64,000 nucleotides of DNA, taken from positions 6,200,001-6,264,000 of the forward strand of contig OZ059895.1 in the NCBI GenBank assembly GCA_964057225.1, written 5' to 3'. The notes under the pieces were generated by a model. That model worked only from the letters and a program-made list of their open reading frames with translations. It was not told the DNA's origin and did not search any database. The DNA comes from Auanema rhodensis (Eukaryota > Animalia > Nematoda). Shown here one piece after another: positions 10,870 through 23,876 of the stretch. The number at the start of each line of letters is the position of its first letter. The stretch's first letter is position 1. A program made the position numbers and the translations under genes.

Positions 10870-13454
10870 ATGTCTTGGCTCACGAAGATCAGTGATATGG
10901 CCGGAAAAGCAGAGGAGATGTTGAACAAAATCGATAAAACTACGGGTGAGTCATATTTTAACGGTATTTATAAGCCTTGTTATTGTAGGCACAGTAATTC
11001 AACAACAACGGGTAGATTCTTCAACTCCTAAGTTTGGTCGAAGTAGTTCTTTTGTCCAAGTAGATGAAAGTGTAAGTCTGATTTTAATAATCGTTGTTAT
11101 ATCAGTATTCTTAAGGCAGATGTACATACCGAAGAAATTGGCCGTAGTGGGCCATCTTTACCTTCGAGAGCACACTCGGAATTTGCTGGTGAGAAAAAAT
11201 ACCGGAAAAAACTTCTCAATGAAGGGTAAATCTTATTTTATTTCTCTTTTTATTAATACGATATTTAGCTTCGCACCTAGTACGTCAGTTATGATTGAGT
11301 CAGAAAATTTTGAAGAGTCTCTAATTAATATGTTAAATGAAGATAATAATTCCAAAGTGAACGTCAGTGCAAACGTAAATATGAAAATAATTAGTCTAAC
11401 TTTAGGAAGATGGTGGCCGAAGCCGTAGATCTAGTGGAAGGAGTGTTGTTTCAATACAAACAACTCAAAGCGGTTAGTTATTATTTCTCCATTTAATTGA
11501 ATTCCCTCTTTTTACCTGAAATGTCATATTCTTTTTATTTTTCATATATTATACATATATGATTTTCTATTATTTTACCTTTTTCAATTTACTTCATATG
11601 TGTTCTATATATGTTAAGCTTTTTAGTGTCATATGACCTGTTTGTTGCCAATACATGCCATGTGCTTTTTTGATTCACCCAAGCGGGCTTCATAATTTTA
11701 AAGCATACATAGATATTTACAGAAGTGAACGATGCGGCTATGTCAAAACTATGGGCTAAAGATTCCCAGATTACATCTTTGAGAACTAAAATTTCGGTAT
11801 CAGTTTAATTTTATTAGCTTATTTTTTTATTATCTATAATTTCGAAATATAGTTTTTTTTCAAAAATGTAATTTTATTAAAATTAGTTGAAAAGGAATAA
11901 TATATATATATATATATATAAATACATATAATACTTTTTAAAGGACATCGAACGAAAGCTGGAAAAAGCCCAGAAAGATTATTACGACATGAAAGGAGAA
12001 CGCGATATGCTTCAAAACAGAGTTACATCTGAAAATTCTTTTGAAAATATAGAAGAATTAAAACTAGCCAGGTTTCTAAGTTAAGCTTAATGTAAACGAA
12101 GCATTGTTTTATAGAAAAAAGGTTCAAGAACAGAAAGATATCTTGCAAGAAGAATGTAATCAAACTAGACGTAGAATAAATTTATTAGAGGAAGAAGTTA
12201 GAGCCTTAAGTGATCAGGTATAATATTTCTATGAGGCGCAAAGCTAATTGAATCTCTTGTATAGTTACGGCTAGCAAAATTCAACTTGAATGAAAATAAG
12301 AAGGAGTTCGATGAGTACAAGGAAAAGGCTCAAAAAATTTTACAATCGAAAGAAAAGTTAGTTGAGTCTTTGAAAGGGGAGGTATGTTTTCTTTTATTTC
12401 TTTTTAATTTTAAGCAAATTGTTCAGAATGCTACAAGTACGGGCGAGCGACCTGCTCACCTGCTACAAGCTGAATTGGAGGAAATGAGAGTTGAAAGGTA
12501 TTACTTTAGCTTAAAGCATTACCTTCAAAATTTATTTCAGAGATTTATCCAGAGCTGATTTAGAAGCAGCCCAATTACAGCTTTATAATTTACGGTCTGA
12601 TATGGAGGAAATCGAGAATCAGCTACGAGAAGAAAAATATCAAGTATTTCAAAGTTTTTTTTTCAATTTTTACGTATATTTATCAGCAAAGTGAATTGCG
12701 TCGTCAACATCTGGAGGAAAGACATTCATGGCAATCTTCTCTCAGTCTACTAAATGAAAAAATTGATTGTTCCAAGTGAGACCCGTTTACCTTTTTCATA
12801 GTTTTTCTATTCATTGTTTTCTTAAGAATTGAAAATGATTTTGCTAAACAAGAAATGAAGCGGCAGAATGATGAGTTTTCTCATCGTCTTGAACAAAAAG
12901 AATCAGAAATTCGTAGGCTGATTGAACAGAATAGATCGAAGTAATTTTATCATATTATTATCATCATTTTCTTTAATTTTCCTTTCTTCAGTAAACGTGG
13001 TGAAAGCAGCTTTCCTCCTGTGGATAGTAGCATACGAGAAAAATTATTACAAAAACAAACGGAGCTTGAAGAAGCTCAACGTAACAACCAAATTCTGAAT
13101 TTACGTCTTGAACGTCTTCAGGTATGTAGTATTTTTGCATTGTGAGACTGTCTGTTTCTAAATTTAAAGGGTTCCGTAAAAGAAGTAGCAATATCAATCG
13201 AACCGGCTCCAGCTGCTTTTCCTGTTCAAAACCCTACTGCTCGCAATGCCATTGGTCTTGTGGATACTTTAACCTTCAAATTCATCTCTGTACTTAGAAG
13301 CTACCCTGCATCACGTCTTTTCGTTTTCATGTACCTTCTTTTATTCCATCTATGGGTCTTTTTCATAATTCTCACTTATACCCCTGAATCGCACGACATT
13401 GATCCAACTATTTCATCGAGAGGTGTTCTTCATTCTTCTGGCTCATTTCCTTGA
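10870..13454 (+). CDS. golg-5: Golgin-84 / golgin subfamily A member 5
   Basis: [23 protein letters not shown]-terminus, long coiled coil ([24 protein letters not shown]), and C-terminal anchor [32 protein letters not shown]. Confidence 0.92.
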
Positions 13455-13880
13455 AATGCATGATTTGGATTCCAATTTTAGCGCATCTTACCATTAATTA
13501 TATTATATGTTCATATATATCTATATATACATATATTAGCATGGTTAGCATATTGTTCTTCCTAAAGTTGGTTACACGGGATTTTCTGTTTTTTGATCCC
13601 GGTTGACTATCCGAAAATTAGGTCGTAATATGCCGAACCTTGGATACTGATATTACCTGATACATTACTAAATAGGGTTATGATACTCGGCTGTGATAGA
13701 ATAATTTAGTAACTTTTTGCATGTTAACATATAGAGATTCACAAGTATTGGAGAAATTGTATTCATTTGGTGTATATAAATGGTCTTATATTGATGTCGT
13801 TTATCTGTAATCGTTTTTGTTCGAAAAACTTCTTTTTTTTTCAATTTGTTTTTCATTTATGTTTCTTTTAAGTTTTAGTC

Positions 13881-15097
13881 ATGGCGTCAGCTGTACCTCC
13901 CAGTTTGAAAAGTATTGGAGGTTACGTAAAAATCGCCAATGATAGTGCTAACCGTGATCCTGTTATTTATTATTGGTGTAAGCATGATGCTTCTTACTCC
14001 TTTCTTTAAATATCATTACATTTAGGTCTCTACTATGCTGCAAAACAAGCTATGAAAATAGATCGAACATCTGAAGATGCTTTACGGTTCATTACTGGAG
14101 TGCTTTCCACTTTAGAAACTGTAAAAACACAATGCCATGAGGTTGAAGCTATTACTAATGAAGTACGACTATTATTCTTACTTGTTTAAATGCTTACAAA
14201 TTCATTAGGTTGTTGCCCAAGCTCATCTTGAAAACTATGCACTAAAGCTTTTTGGTTATGCTGATGCTCGAGAGAAAAATGGTCAAGCTGATAAAACTAC
14301 TTTTCATGCTTTCTACAATGCTGGATTAGTGATGGATACACTTTCTCTATTTGGAGAGGTTAGTGATTTTCCCTTCTTCTTTTTTTGATGAATTTTTGAT
14401 TAAAGTTGGATGAAAATGTTGCATCAATGAAGAAATACGCCAAGTATACCTCTGCTCAAATTGGGAAATGTTTGAGAGATGGAACTCCATATGTATCAGC
14501 TACACCACAAGGTATTTTGAATTTTTGCTATTGTATTGTGAATATGGTAAATGTAGAACCAAAGGAATCACCTACATCTTTGGACGGTCAAAACCCAGCT
14601 TATGGTGGTAATCAAAATCCATTTGGCGGGAACAGTAGCGCTGATTATGGATATTCAGCTGGAACTCAATCTGATATTCACAGTCTACCTAGTGTTCCTT
14701 TTCATGGTATTTCGAAGTTTATCTATGTGAAATTTAACATGTTTCTTGTTTTAGGTAATGAGTCGCATATTCCTCCATCAAATCCGATTGTTCCCAGCTA
14801 TGGCTTTTCTTCCCAACTAGACTCATACCCTGGAGGTCATGAAGTAGCTCAACCACCCGCTCCTATGTTACCAGTAGAACCAGAGGCTGCTCCAGTTGCA
14901 GGTATATTACCTTTTCCAAGAAATAACTTTTATTTTTTGAACTTCTAGCTCCTCGAGCCGCATCTGGACGTGTGCCATCTTCACAGGATTTCATGGATGC
15001 TCGTAAATTCGCCAAATACGCCATCAGTGCTTTAGACTACGAAGATACGAAAGCTGCCATTGATAATCTACGAAAGGCTTTGGCTTCCTTAGAATAA
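13881..15097 (+). CDS. VTA1: VTA1/LIP5, Vps4 cofactor of the ESCRT pathway
   Basis: MIT-like N-terminus RDPVIYYWCLYYAAKQAMK..VAQAHLENYALKLFGYAD, Pro-rich linker, VSL domain ARKFAKYAISALDYEDTKAAIDNLRKAL; TAA 15095-15097. Confidence 0.93.
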
Positions 15098-15338
15098 GAA
15101 GTTGGGCCAAATTGATGTGATTCCAGAAAGTTAAGCTGCGTGTATTTTAATTTGAAGATATATAACTTTGTATAGTATCCTTAACTTATTTTCATATTGT
15201 AACTATTTTACTTTTGAAGTAACATATTCTTCCTAACTTTCTTAATTCATTGCAAGTGGTTATTGGTTGCCAATAGTTATCAACGATCTAGTTATTAATA
15301 GTCATCAAAAATGATTTTTTACTCTATAATTTTAGAGA

Positions 15339-18300
15339 ATGGAAAATGGTGAAAAGAAGAAAAAAGGAATTAGATTGTCAGTTTTCGAAAAGTCGTAAAT
15401 GGGATTAAAATGAATATGTATTGTAGGGTTTCTCGAAAATCTACCAAAAAGATGCTAGGAAGATGGAAAAGACTCGAGAGTGTTGAAAAACCTGAAAACG
15501 AAATGGGAAAAAAGGTTTTTCTATAATTCATTTTCCTTTCTTATTCTTTATTTCTAGTCAGTAAGACTTTTGATGGGTAGAAGCTTGGCTGAAGTAGTGG
15601 AAATTGATCCTTCATTGGACGGCATACCTCTACCTGCTTTCTTTCGTTATTCCTTAGATTATATGGAAAAACAAGGTAAAATTTATTTTTTTTGTTAACG
15701 CTATTGATTGGAAGTTTTCAGGCTTGAACGTTGAAGGAATTTATAGAATTTCGAGTCCAAAATCCAGATTAGATGAATTAGAAAACAATGTCAACGAGGG
15801 AAAAGAGCTATCATTCAGAGATGCACACGAAGCTGCTGGATTAATCAAAAGGTAATAAATAAAAAATAATTTTAATGCTCTAACATATATATCTTAGATT
15901 TTTGCGGCAATTGCCTGAACAATTAGTTCCCTCTCAAGTAGAAAAAATAGCTGAAGGCTGTACTTGTGACTGGAAAGATGTATGTACTTGTGGGACAACG
16001 CAAGTTATAAAGCAAATCATTGATCAATTGGAAAAGCCTCAATATTATATATTGGCATATACATTTCTTCATGCTCAAAATGTTGTCAAACATGTAAGTT
16101 TCTTTTTGTTAAATATTTCATTTTAATTATACATTCTACTTGAGCGGTTGTTTGACCTAGACAAACGATTTCAAAAACAAAAACAGTTTATTTAGGAGAA
16201 AGAAAACAAAATGGGAATTCCTGCTCTTGGTTTGCTTCTTCAAACAGTATTGGAAATGAGTCGGAAATTGATATGCATCTTCATTCAAAATGCATCAAGC
16301 TTATTGACAGGAAAAAATGACAAAGTATGTACTAACATATGACTATATAAACTTAGATTATATATTTAGGCGTGCTATCTATTCCAGGATTTGCACATTG
16401 TAACGTGAGTTTTTTTAATTTTATATATAATAATCATGATCAAGTTAAAAGTTGAGCAAACAAAAATTGGGACATAAATATTGCAAGGAGCACCAATAGT
16501 GAGCAAAGTGTATCTATTAGTTCTAACTATCATTGGTTATTACTTTGGGTTGTTATCGAGTTCAATTTCTTCCATACCATCCTCAATTGACGCTTTTTTC
16601 TGTTTAGCTTCCTGTTGTTTTGCATTTGAGACCCCTATCCGATGATTCTTCTATAACCGATTCATCATTCGCACATATTCTCCAAAACTAATTTACTAAC
16701 CTTCATGAATAGTCCCACAGCTACAATTGAGATGAGACTAACTAGAGCGATAATGCCAATGGTTACGGGTACAACCAGACTGGATTCTAAAATGGTGGAA
16801 ATAAAGAGGTCAAGCATGAAAATGAGAGTCACCGTTCTCTACAATTTTTCCATTTTTGGGGTTATCGAATTGATTAATATCATAAACTTCTCTTCTAGGT
16901 TCCTCTTTGAAGAGTGTAACATTATCTTTAACTCCAACGAAAAAGGCTGGCTGAAAGATTAACCGTTGTACCACCTTTTAAAATGTAACTTACAATAGTG
17001 AATGGTGTTGTACTTTCTTCGATTTCTGGCCCTGGGGTAGTAGTTGGTGGTATAGTAGTGGTGTCAGTTTTCTCATCATAAGGCTAAATATAATATATTG
17101 CTTTGGAAGAAATGTGTTGATAATATGCCTGAAGAGTAGCTGCGTCAACTCCAAGAAGAGGGAAATCTTTCAAAGAATATGGCCTGTCACATTTAGTAGC
17201 GTTTATACTAGGAATAACGAAAATCTGTCCATTCTTAGGAGAATCCCGAACGCGATCCTCTAAAGCGAAGAGGACTAAAAAAACGATGATTTATAACCAA
17301 AAAACGTTCCACAATTAAACTCACAATCTGTCATTTCCGAATCACAAAGGAATGGATTGTTAGATATGATGAACTCCTCTAATTTTGGAAGATCTTTGAG
17401 AACCTTAAGATTATTTTAATTTTCTTTGAATCTTGTTGAAAAATTACTTCTGCTGGTAATGTTTTAATTGCATTCTTGTCCAAGTTCAGCTTTAGCAGGC
17501 TATCTTTTTGTTTTTCAAAAGCATGTGGAGGCAATTTTTCAATTTGGCAGTTTGATAGATCAAGGGTCTGAATGTTAAGTATTGTTTTGGGAACTTTGAT
17601 CGCTGTTCACCTTAAGTTTGGTATATTCTTCGAATGTATTCTCCTTAACCTCAAATGGTGCGCATTCAGCCAAAGATAGGGATTCCAAATTCTTCAACCC
17701 TGTGGATGTCAACTAAAACGATATTGTTCAAACATTTTTAATATTTTTATCACCTCAATCATTGGATTGTGTTTTAAGCTTAGAATTGTTAAATTCTCGG
17801 CTAAAGGTTTGAGAGACTCCATTGACATGGAGCTGATTTCATTCCATCCCAAATCCAATTCTTTTAAACTAGTCAGTCCAACCCAAACATCCTTCTCAAT
17901 ATTTCTATAAAAACGTTTTTTTATGGCTAAAATTGCTGATGGTTAGAAATTACCTTATGTAGTTACCAGCCAAGCTAAGACGTTCAAGTTGAGAGAGGCC
18001 ATCGAAAGCATAATCAGATATGTTCTCAATAAGATTTACTCTCAGGTCCAACTGTAACAGGTTGAATGAGTACTTTTCTTTTTCATTTCATTTGTTCCCA
18101 GTCTATTGTCATCATTTCAGATATTATTAAATTGTTGTTGTTATTTTCTATAAGACTAGAAGGATTTCGTCTATTCACATAGTTGAATGACAAATCGGAC
18201 AAGAGAGTAGGCCGAGACGGTTCACCAACAAAGGAAGGGAAAATGAGGTAGAACGAGGTTTTCGTGGCTAGTTACGTGCTTCTAACGAACCTGCTTCAAA

Positions 18301-21300
18301 CTCTTAAGAGGAGCGAAAACTCCAGCATCTAATGTTGGAATGCTGCATCCGCTTAATTTCAACAATTCCAAGTTTTGGAGGCTGTCAAAGATTTCAGAAG
18401 GTGGCTCGAAAACTCCATCAGCTCGAGATAGATCCAAACTCTAAATGAGAAACATTTACAGAATTATATCTTCATTTCTAATACCTTCAAATTTTTCATC
18501 GATTTCAACTCATTCAATATGGTATCGTTGATGTAATTACGTTCTCCGAAAACCAATGTTTCCAGGTTTTCAAGATTCTTGAAAGCGCCCTCTTCAACAT
18601 TGTTGATTAGGTTAGCGGACAGATCCAAATACGTCAGCTGAAATGACAACGTTGTTTGACAAAACCATCGCATATTCGGTGATCTTTGGAGACGACGACA
18701 TTCGAGGCGAGAAGAGAACAAGATTCTGTGAAATTTTGGCGAAAATCAGTCTCTTGATATATAAGATAGGATGAATGGGACTATGGTTGATACTAGAAAT
18801 ATCGTTCACGTTCTATTGATCACCCCTCCCACACCCACAATACTCATGCCCTTTCTTGATTATGGAAATCGCAGTGTGTGTCTCTGTGGCCCTGTTTGTC
18901 ATCGGTCATAATTTCATACGGAATCGTTTCCGAATATTAACCTAACTTACTTTCTTCTTATCGGTGAAGGCAGATGCAGGAACAAACTCTATTCTGTTTC
19001 CAGAAAGATCAATGGATTCTAATTCGTTTAATCCATTAAGGGCATCAGGAATTTCCTGAAAATAAAAAATATTTTTACTATGAATGAAATGCTTAATATC
19101 TATATCGGGTTATCCTCCCCTAATTGAGCGTAGATCGTCATGGTTAAAGTATCAGACGTTGACAAGGATGACCGTCATTGACATCACATGTCCGGTCGGT
19201 CAGGTCATCCGTCATGTACCAATCAGCCCATAATCATATCAGAGTACTTACATGTAAACTGCATCCATGAATGGTAAAGTTTTTGAGAGATTTCTCTAAT
19301 CCTGCCAAGTTTGACTTCTCAACTTTCAAGGGCTCTGGTGTTCCGCATTCTCGAACTTCCAGATTTGTTAGTCCCGGAGCTGCAGAAGCTATATCAGGCA
19401 GCCCTGTGCTAGGAAAGTCCATATGTTGAATGCTGATCTGGAATAACGAAATGGAATAGCAGTAGTCTGTAATGAGTCATCTAGCATCTAATCCACATAC
19501 GGATTTGTGTCTATGGATGAAAAGAACTTTTATGACGCAGTCAGACGATAGTGTCTGCATGCCAAATCGCCAAAAGACTGGATTCAGATGACGTGATTAC
19601 ATGGGAAGAGTATAGTTGTTTGAACGAAAGCTGACCTTGTCGATTTCCATGCTAGCGTTTTTGACAGCATCTGCAGCTCTCATAAGCTGTTCTTCGTTGG
19701 AGCCATATAAACAGGAAATTGAAACTTTATCATTCTCTTGAACCTGAGAAAGTATAAAATCATTACACAAAATCTTTAATGAAAGAACTCACTGCGCAGA
19801 AACATAGAAGCAAATTTTTCAAAGATTCCTCATTAATCGAGTCATCATTTTCTAAAACATCGACATCCGGACAGCCAGGCACTATTTTGGCTTTAGGAAC
19901 AGATGTGGTTAATTCGGCTTCATCGGCACGCACAGTACTAATTGACAGTAAAATACAACACGTGAACAGTAGGGTTCGCCCCATCATTCTGTTCAATCTA
20001 GAGGAAAAATTCAATAATAACGTCTCTGCACTGCAATATTCTATCGTTATCGAGAGCCTGAAAAACGATTGGCCCATTCTTATGACGAAAATCGCAAAAA
20101 TTGCCAAGAAAAAAAACGAATAATGCGTGATAAATCGAGAGAGAGAGAGAGAAATATGTAAAAATAATGAGAATTCTACAAATAAAAAGTAGAACATGAG
20201 AATACAGTGAAGTTTATAAGAGCTTTTGAACTCAGATATAACAGATCCAGGATCAAAATCTACAAACATTCACGCGTGTGCGCGTATTCATGCACGAAAC
20301 AAAGACCGTGAATACAAGAAATGTAAAAGGGATCGATTGAAGACCCGAAGGGATGTGTTGAAATGGAGGCGTAGCCTTCTCTTTCCATCTCGTCTTCGTC
20401 GTGGTTGTCGTCAGATGTTCGTCGTTAGGTGATGGACGCTAGCCGCCAGGTCAGCTCTTGATGCATGAGAGTCTAAGGAGGCGGGAGAATATGGGGGACT
20501 GCTGCTGGGCGGTGAACGTCGGCCTGACATCAACTATCCGAAGTAAAAGGATCATGATAGTCTTCTGGGTTTGGTATGTTGCTTTTGTACGAGAACAATG
20601 ATGAAAGAGAAAAGACGAGATAACACTTACATTAGATGACGTATCATCAACGGATTGCATCTCTCGTCAACGAAGGATGTGCACTACTATATAAATATAA
20701 AATTGTTTTCAAAACGAATCAAAAGAAACTTGAAGTCGTGTTGAATGTTTCTTTGGCAAGTACATCAGGTGAGAATAACAACGAGTACGACAACAGCTAT
20801 GTCTCATTTAGTCAAATGATCCTGACGTTGCATCTTGTCATGGCCAACATGTCATATAAATAACCCGAAATACAGATTGGAGATTTTGTAATCTCCCGAG
20901 TTTGTTGCCTTATTGTTAGTTGAATTAACGTTTAATGTGTTTGATCGCAACACGCCATAAAGAGAATACATAGTTAAGAATTATCTGTTGACGATGAAGT
21001 TAAGAGAAGAAATGAGTTGTGATGTGTTTGAAACAGGAGAAAAGAGAAAAGTGAACGAAGAAAACTGGGGAGAGTTGAAATGAAAAGTTATTAAGAATTG
21101 GAAGGGGCAAGAGAGAAAACGCATTCAACCGTTCATCTTATCATTTGTATTCTAAATAACTTGATAATTATGTGAAGCGCAGATATGCTAATGAGGTGGT
21201 TTGTTATTAAAGAAGTGGATAAAAAGTTTATATCAAAATTTCTTATAAAAATTACTGAAAGAATTTTTAAGATTTAAAAAAATAGTACTAATATCTTTCC

Positions 21301-22595
21301 AGATATGTTCCACCCAAAACTTGTCAGGAAGTGGAGAAATGGCAATGTGAAGATAAACCATTGATTGAAGATGAGCTTAACAAGCAGAACAATTTACTTA
21401 ATCACTTACACAATAAGGTTTACAAATATCTTTAATATATTCAGAAAACCGTTAAATATCTGTGTATGGACAAAGAGCAAAGAATTCGTTTACACTTCGT
21501 CCTTCAATGTCTTCGATGATTTCAAATTTCGGTTTTATTCGTTTCAGATGGCTGATGGGTTTACCTCAGATATTATCATACATAAGACGCTAGGGTGACC
21601 TTTAACGATGATTTAGTTGAGGCAAAATGAAATAAAATGGCGTAGTCTGTTGCCATTTCGATTATAACTATTCGAAGTCACGCGGCTAACTTGAGCCATA
21701 ATTAGTTCTAGATCCTCTTCGAAATTTTATGTAAAGGAGCTCTCACTTTTGATTCTAGAAGAATCAAAAATGAACGAAAGTTAATAGTGGACGAATTGTT
21801 TCTTTTCAATTGAGAGTGAATCCTTTTCTCACGTTAGGTACAAAATAGTGAAGAAAGTAAGGTAAAATGAGAGAGTGACTGAGGGTAACGTATAGTATGG
21901 AGCGAGGGGGGAGGTAACTCAGGAAGAACAGGATCCAAGAAGTATCTAGTTGTCGCCATATGTTCAGTCCTTTTCTGTACATTCAAAGAACTACAAATTG
22001 ACTTATATTTTAATGCATTTCCGGATTTCAGTTCTCTGCAATGTGTGATAATACAAGCGAAGAAATGGCCTCATTGGAAGAGATGCTCTGGGGCGTTCAG
22101 ACATCCATCACAGCTTTAAAACGACGTCTGAAGGTAAATTAGAAAAACATAAAGAATTTGAAACAAAAAAATGATTTTAAGTCTGTTGCTGAGCCAATTC
22201 CATCATCTCAATGTCGACCCCATGAAAACAAACCGTTCTTGGAAATGTATGAAGAAAAACAACTGGTGGCAGTGCAGAGTATGCTCAGGTTAATTTCTTA
22301 TTCTCATTGTTCTTATAATTCTAGTAAAATATTCAGAAAAGATATAATTGATGAAAGAAAATTAATAGCTTTCATGCTATGGAATTTGAGAAATTCCGTT
22401 GATAGTACGCCTCCTTCTCCCCGTTCAGAATCTGATCAACAGTTAGAAGAGCATCTGAAAGAGGAATGTCGAAAAGAAGAATCTATCCGACTTGATTTAG
22501 TAGAAGATATATGTCGCTTGAAAATAGAATGTGCTTCACTGAGAGCCAAGAATGAGATGCTTTCTCATGGTCACACAGTTAGTACCCGTTTTTAG
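15339..22595 (+). CDS. rlbp-1: RalA-binding protein 1 (RalBP1/RLIP76): RhoGAP plus Ral-binding domain; ~4.9 kb intron at about 16405-21302
   Basis: RhoGAP motifs LPAFFRYSLDYMEKQGLNVEGIYRIS, AAGLIKRFLRQLPE, ENKMG; after the large intron IEDELNKQNNLLNHLHNK and EEMLWGVQTSITALKRRLK match the RalBP1 Ral-binding helices. Confidence 0.88.
16530..19987 (-). CDS. Type I transmembrane extracellular leucine-rich-repeat protein (PAN-1/LRON-9-like), nested antisense in a RalBP1 intron
   Basis: Signal peptide MMGRTLLFTCCILLSISTVRA; Cys-rich cap PGCP..LLLCFC..ISCLYGS; multiple LRRs (LTYLDLSANLI, LDLRVNLI, LERLSLAGNYI, LKELDLGWNEI); LRR-CT NNPFLCD; Thr-rich stalk; TM VPVTIGIIALVSLISIVAVGLFM. The last acceptor and stop are uncertain (~16530-16600). 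Confidence 0.87.
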
Positions 22596-22947
22596 TAATC
22601 CTTAGGAACTCTTTAATTTTGTTTGTTTGTATAAGTTTCACAAAACATATCAGCATTTTACGTATCGATCTTAGTCAATATCCGCTTAATATGGTCTTTC
22701 TCGTCATATATATGTCTTCTATGCGTAATAACTTTTAATTTATTTTCTTATATCTAGTCTATCCCGGAGGGTTTTTCCTGTTTTAATGTAAAATCTTGTG
22801 CTCTTATATTATTTGTGATTAATAATCGTAATTATTAAAAAATATATTTTGTTCCATCTTTCCTTTTTTTTCTTTTGTTTATAAGTTAAATGGCTTTTAA
22901 TATATTTTCATGGTATATAGGAATCATTTTAATTATAATTTTTAGAA

Positions 22948-23876
22948 ATGTCTCTCTTTAATAGATCAAAGAAAAAGATCCAATCTCGTCAAAAAATTGT
23001 CGATGAGGATACTGAAGAGCAAAGTAAGTCTAAGATTTCCTGTATTCCTGCTGGGTGTGTGTCATCATCATAATTTCTTTTAGATGTTACTACAATTGAA
23101 GACATTAAAGAGCTTCAAAAATCTCGACAGAAGAAGAAAGGTTTAACTGAAATCGAATGTGCTGTAGGAAAAGAAAAAGTGATTTCATCTATTTCTTAAT
23201 GTTTTTAGACTAACAATAAAAAAATTTAGGCCGCTGCTTTGGTTGAAGGTATTCAGATAGCTGGAGGATCTATGGCCATGACAGATAAGCAGAAAGCTCG
23301 TCTGGAAGCTGCCGATATTGAGGCTGGGATCAGGTAAGTGTATCATATATTTTCCTTATTTCATTTTGTTTTAAGAGAGCAATTTGAAAAAGAAACTTTA
23401 TTACGTGATGAACATGAGGAACTTCGCAAATTCATTGAAAGCGGTTTATCAAAAGCTAAAGGAGAAGTAAATACAAAAACTCAAGATAGTGTCAATTCCA
23501 ATTCAGTATGCAATTTCGCAATACCTTCTTAGACAAGCTTTCAATTTAGAGTAGTGATGTTCTTGTTAGAGCCGCAAATAAGCTGAAATCTTATCGAAGT
23601 GAAACAGCAACAGAGTTGCTATCAGAACATATGTTGGCAGGTATTCCTGAAGTCGATCTGGGAATTAAGTAAGTTTTCTATATTTTGTTAATTTATCTTT
23701 TTATTCTTTATAGTGCTCGAATTACAAATATCCTGGAAACAGAGAAAAAGAAGAAGGAATTAATTGAATATTCACTTACTGGCAAACGGCCAGAACAGGT
23801 TTAAATAAATAAAAAATAAATCTTTATAAACTTATCATTTAAGGATCCACCTTTGAAAAAAGCTCGCAAGTATTAA
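22948..23876 (+). CDS. C9orf78: C9orf78/Tls1 (HCA59-family) splicing factor homolog
   Basis: IEDIKELQKSRQKKKGL, FEKETLLRDEHEELRKFIESGL and MLAGIPEVDLGINARITNILETEK match the family motifs; TAA 23874-23876. Confidence 0.88.

Noticed and set aside
6749-20123. Antisense or off-frame ORFs 6749-7006, 9623-9874, 16705-16962 and 19779-20123
   Set aside because: They shadow real exons on the opposite strand.
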